A DNA stretch of 64,000 nucleotides from Podarcis bocagei (Eukaryota): the NCBI GenBank assembly GCA_964188305.1, contig OZ076886.1; one strand, given 5' to 3'. The notes beneath the pieces were generated by a model. That model worked only from the letters and a program-made list of their open reading frames with translations, was not told where the DNA came from and searched no databases. Positions 62,275-64,000 of this stretch are shown one piece after another (the stretch's first letter is position 1; each line of letters starts with the position of its first letter). Position numbers and translations under genes: made by a program.

Positions 62275-64000
62275 CTGAAGAGATATAAAAATCAATAGCG
62301 ATGCAATTAGGAAACCTCTCTTCCAACAACACACTAAAGAGAACAAGGGAGAGAAATGTGTCCTTTACCGTGCAGGTTAACTATGAACACAAGATTAAGG
62401 CTGCAATCCTAAGCACTCTTACTTGGGAGTAAGCCACACTGAGCACAGTGGGACTTCTAAGTAAGGAATCACAGAGCTAGGCAGCATTTTTACTGCAGAG
62501 CAGCAGCAGCAGCAGGAGGCTACAGCACTAAAGGCAACAAGACAAAATGCTAAAAGGTCAGGGGAATTAACACAAGCCAGCAAGCACTGCTGCCTCGAGC
62601 CCCTACAGGGTATCAGTTATTCCAGCAGAGAGGGACGAAATGCACAGACAAGCAAAGGGCGGGAGAAAATTTCACACACCACCTAAAAAAAACACCTTTC
62701 ATGCTTTGTACATGTAAATGCTAAGGCAGAGTAACAAGTGGAAGAACAAGTTAAAAAACAATGACCCAGAATACACAGAGTAGCCCAATATGGGCATAAG
62801 AAACACTCCCTCCAAATTAGTATGCAACCCTGCACACTTTCCAGGGAATGAGCTCCACCGAATTCAGTCGGATTTACTCTTGAATATACATGTATAGGAT
62901 TGCAGTTAGTGCAATGCATGAAAATGCCCTGCATCTCTATCCCCAAGAAATTATCAAGATCGAGGAATTCACAGACAAGCAAATAAATAAAAATCTAGTT
63001 CTCATGGAGACCAGCATTTTCCGCAACCGTGCAAAAAGGCATAGAAACGCAATAGCTTTTGAAACCAGCCAATCTGATATTTTGCAACAAAACAAGTCAT
63101 TGAATTACTACGGCCAAGTCTCTCAGGGGGCCATTTTAGCACTTTAAATGGGGCTGAAACATATCTTTTCCGAGGCTGCTTTATCTTGGTTTGCCAACTA
63201 ACCCACCATTTTGGTAGAAGTTTTAATTTTAAAATGTCAAAACAAATACAGATGCTGTAATTCTAAGAACATTTGGGAGAAAGCAAGTCCTATGTAGATG
63301 ACAATCCAATCCTATCAATGACTATTCAAAAGTAGGTTTCCTCTAGTTTGATGGGGCTTACTCCAGGAAAAGTAAAATCACACTCTAAGTTGAGTTTATT
63401 TCCAACGAAACACACCTAAGGTTTTGCTTACAGCTAGGTCATAAAAACTCACAGAAAACCATGGGGAAGGGGCTTACTTCTGAATAAACATGGTTAGGAG
63501 AACCCGGGTGGAAACAATGACTGCTGACTTTTAAGCTTTTCTTTCTGCTCACACTCCCCTCCCTGCCACAGGAGACATTCTTTACTGGATCCCTTTTTGC
63601 TTATCTTAAGAAACCACCCATAAAATTAGCAATCTGCAAGGAGAGTGTAGAAAGGTGCAAATGTGCACTGGCAGTTAAGGGAGATCTTGCCTAATGGCAA
63701 AAACATCTGGGTGCTGACAGCAAATCCTAAACAAAGCGCATCCCAGGGGGGAAGTCCAGGCAAGTCCCCACCCTCCTTGCACTCAGTTCCCCCACGCTGT
63801 AGGTGTTTGGGTAACCAGCAGCCAACGTCCCACCCATCCCACGCGCTGCCTGCAGAGGAGATGGGAGTCACGAAACCAAACACACACAACGCGGCAGGAA
63901 AGCAGGAACTGCCCAGGATGCTAATCACCTCATTAGGATTCACATAATGCGCCCCTTCCCCCCACCGCTGCCTCGGAGGCCACTCATGGACTGAAGAGGG

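Noticed and set aside
62275-64000. Further upstream CBX4 exons
   Set aside because: No match to the YNTWEPEENILDPRLL exon was seen; this stretch appears intronic.

Overview
Vertebrate genomic DNA, almost certainly from a squamate and probably a lacertid lizard, judged from a Sauria SINE, BovB and lizard-type MITEs. The only protein-coding gene I can support is CBX4 (Polycomb chromobox 4, Pc2) on the minus strand at the right end. It is represented by a 67-nt internal exon (62208-62274), the large last coding exon (59757-61139) and a ~0.9-kb 3'UTR; the chromodomain-coding upstream exons lie beyond the window. The ~58 kb downstream of CBX4 has no recognisable coding exons and, by synteny with the mammalian CBX2-CBX8-CBX4 cluster (inference), is probably the CBX4-CBX8 interval. 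It falls into two parts. The first is a CpG-rich, relatively TE-poor domain (~1-29.7 kb) with several orphan promoter/enhancer-like cores (double CArG, CRE, octamer, CCAAT, YY1-like). The second is a CpG-poor, TE-dense domain (~30-58 kb) with Tc1/mariner and hAT MITEs, BovB, L1, L2, CR1 and SINE copies, many with readable TIRs and TSDs. I found no convincing novel multi-gene system. The best leads are regulatory (an orphan SRF-type element in the CpG domain), differences in CBX4 motifs relative to human, and unusual TE insertion structures. All coordinates were read by eye and may be off by a few bases.
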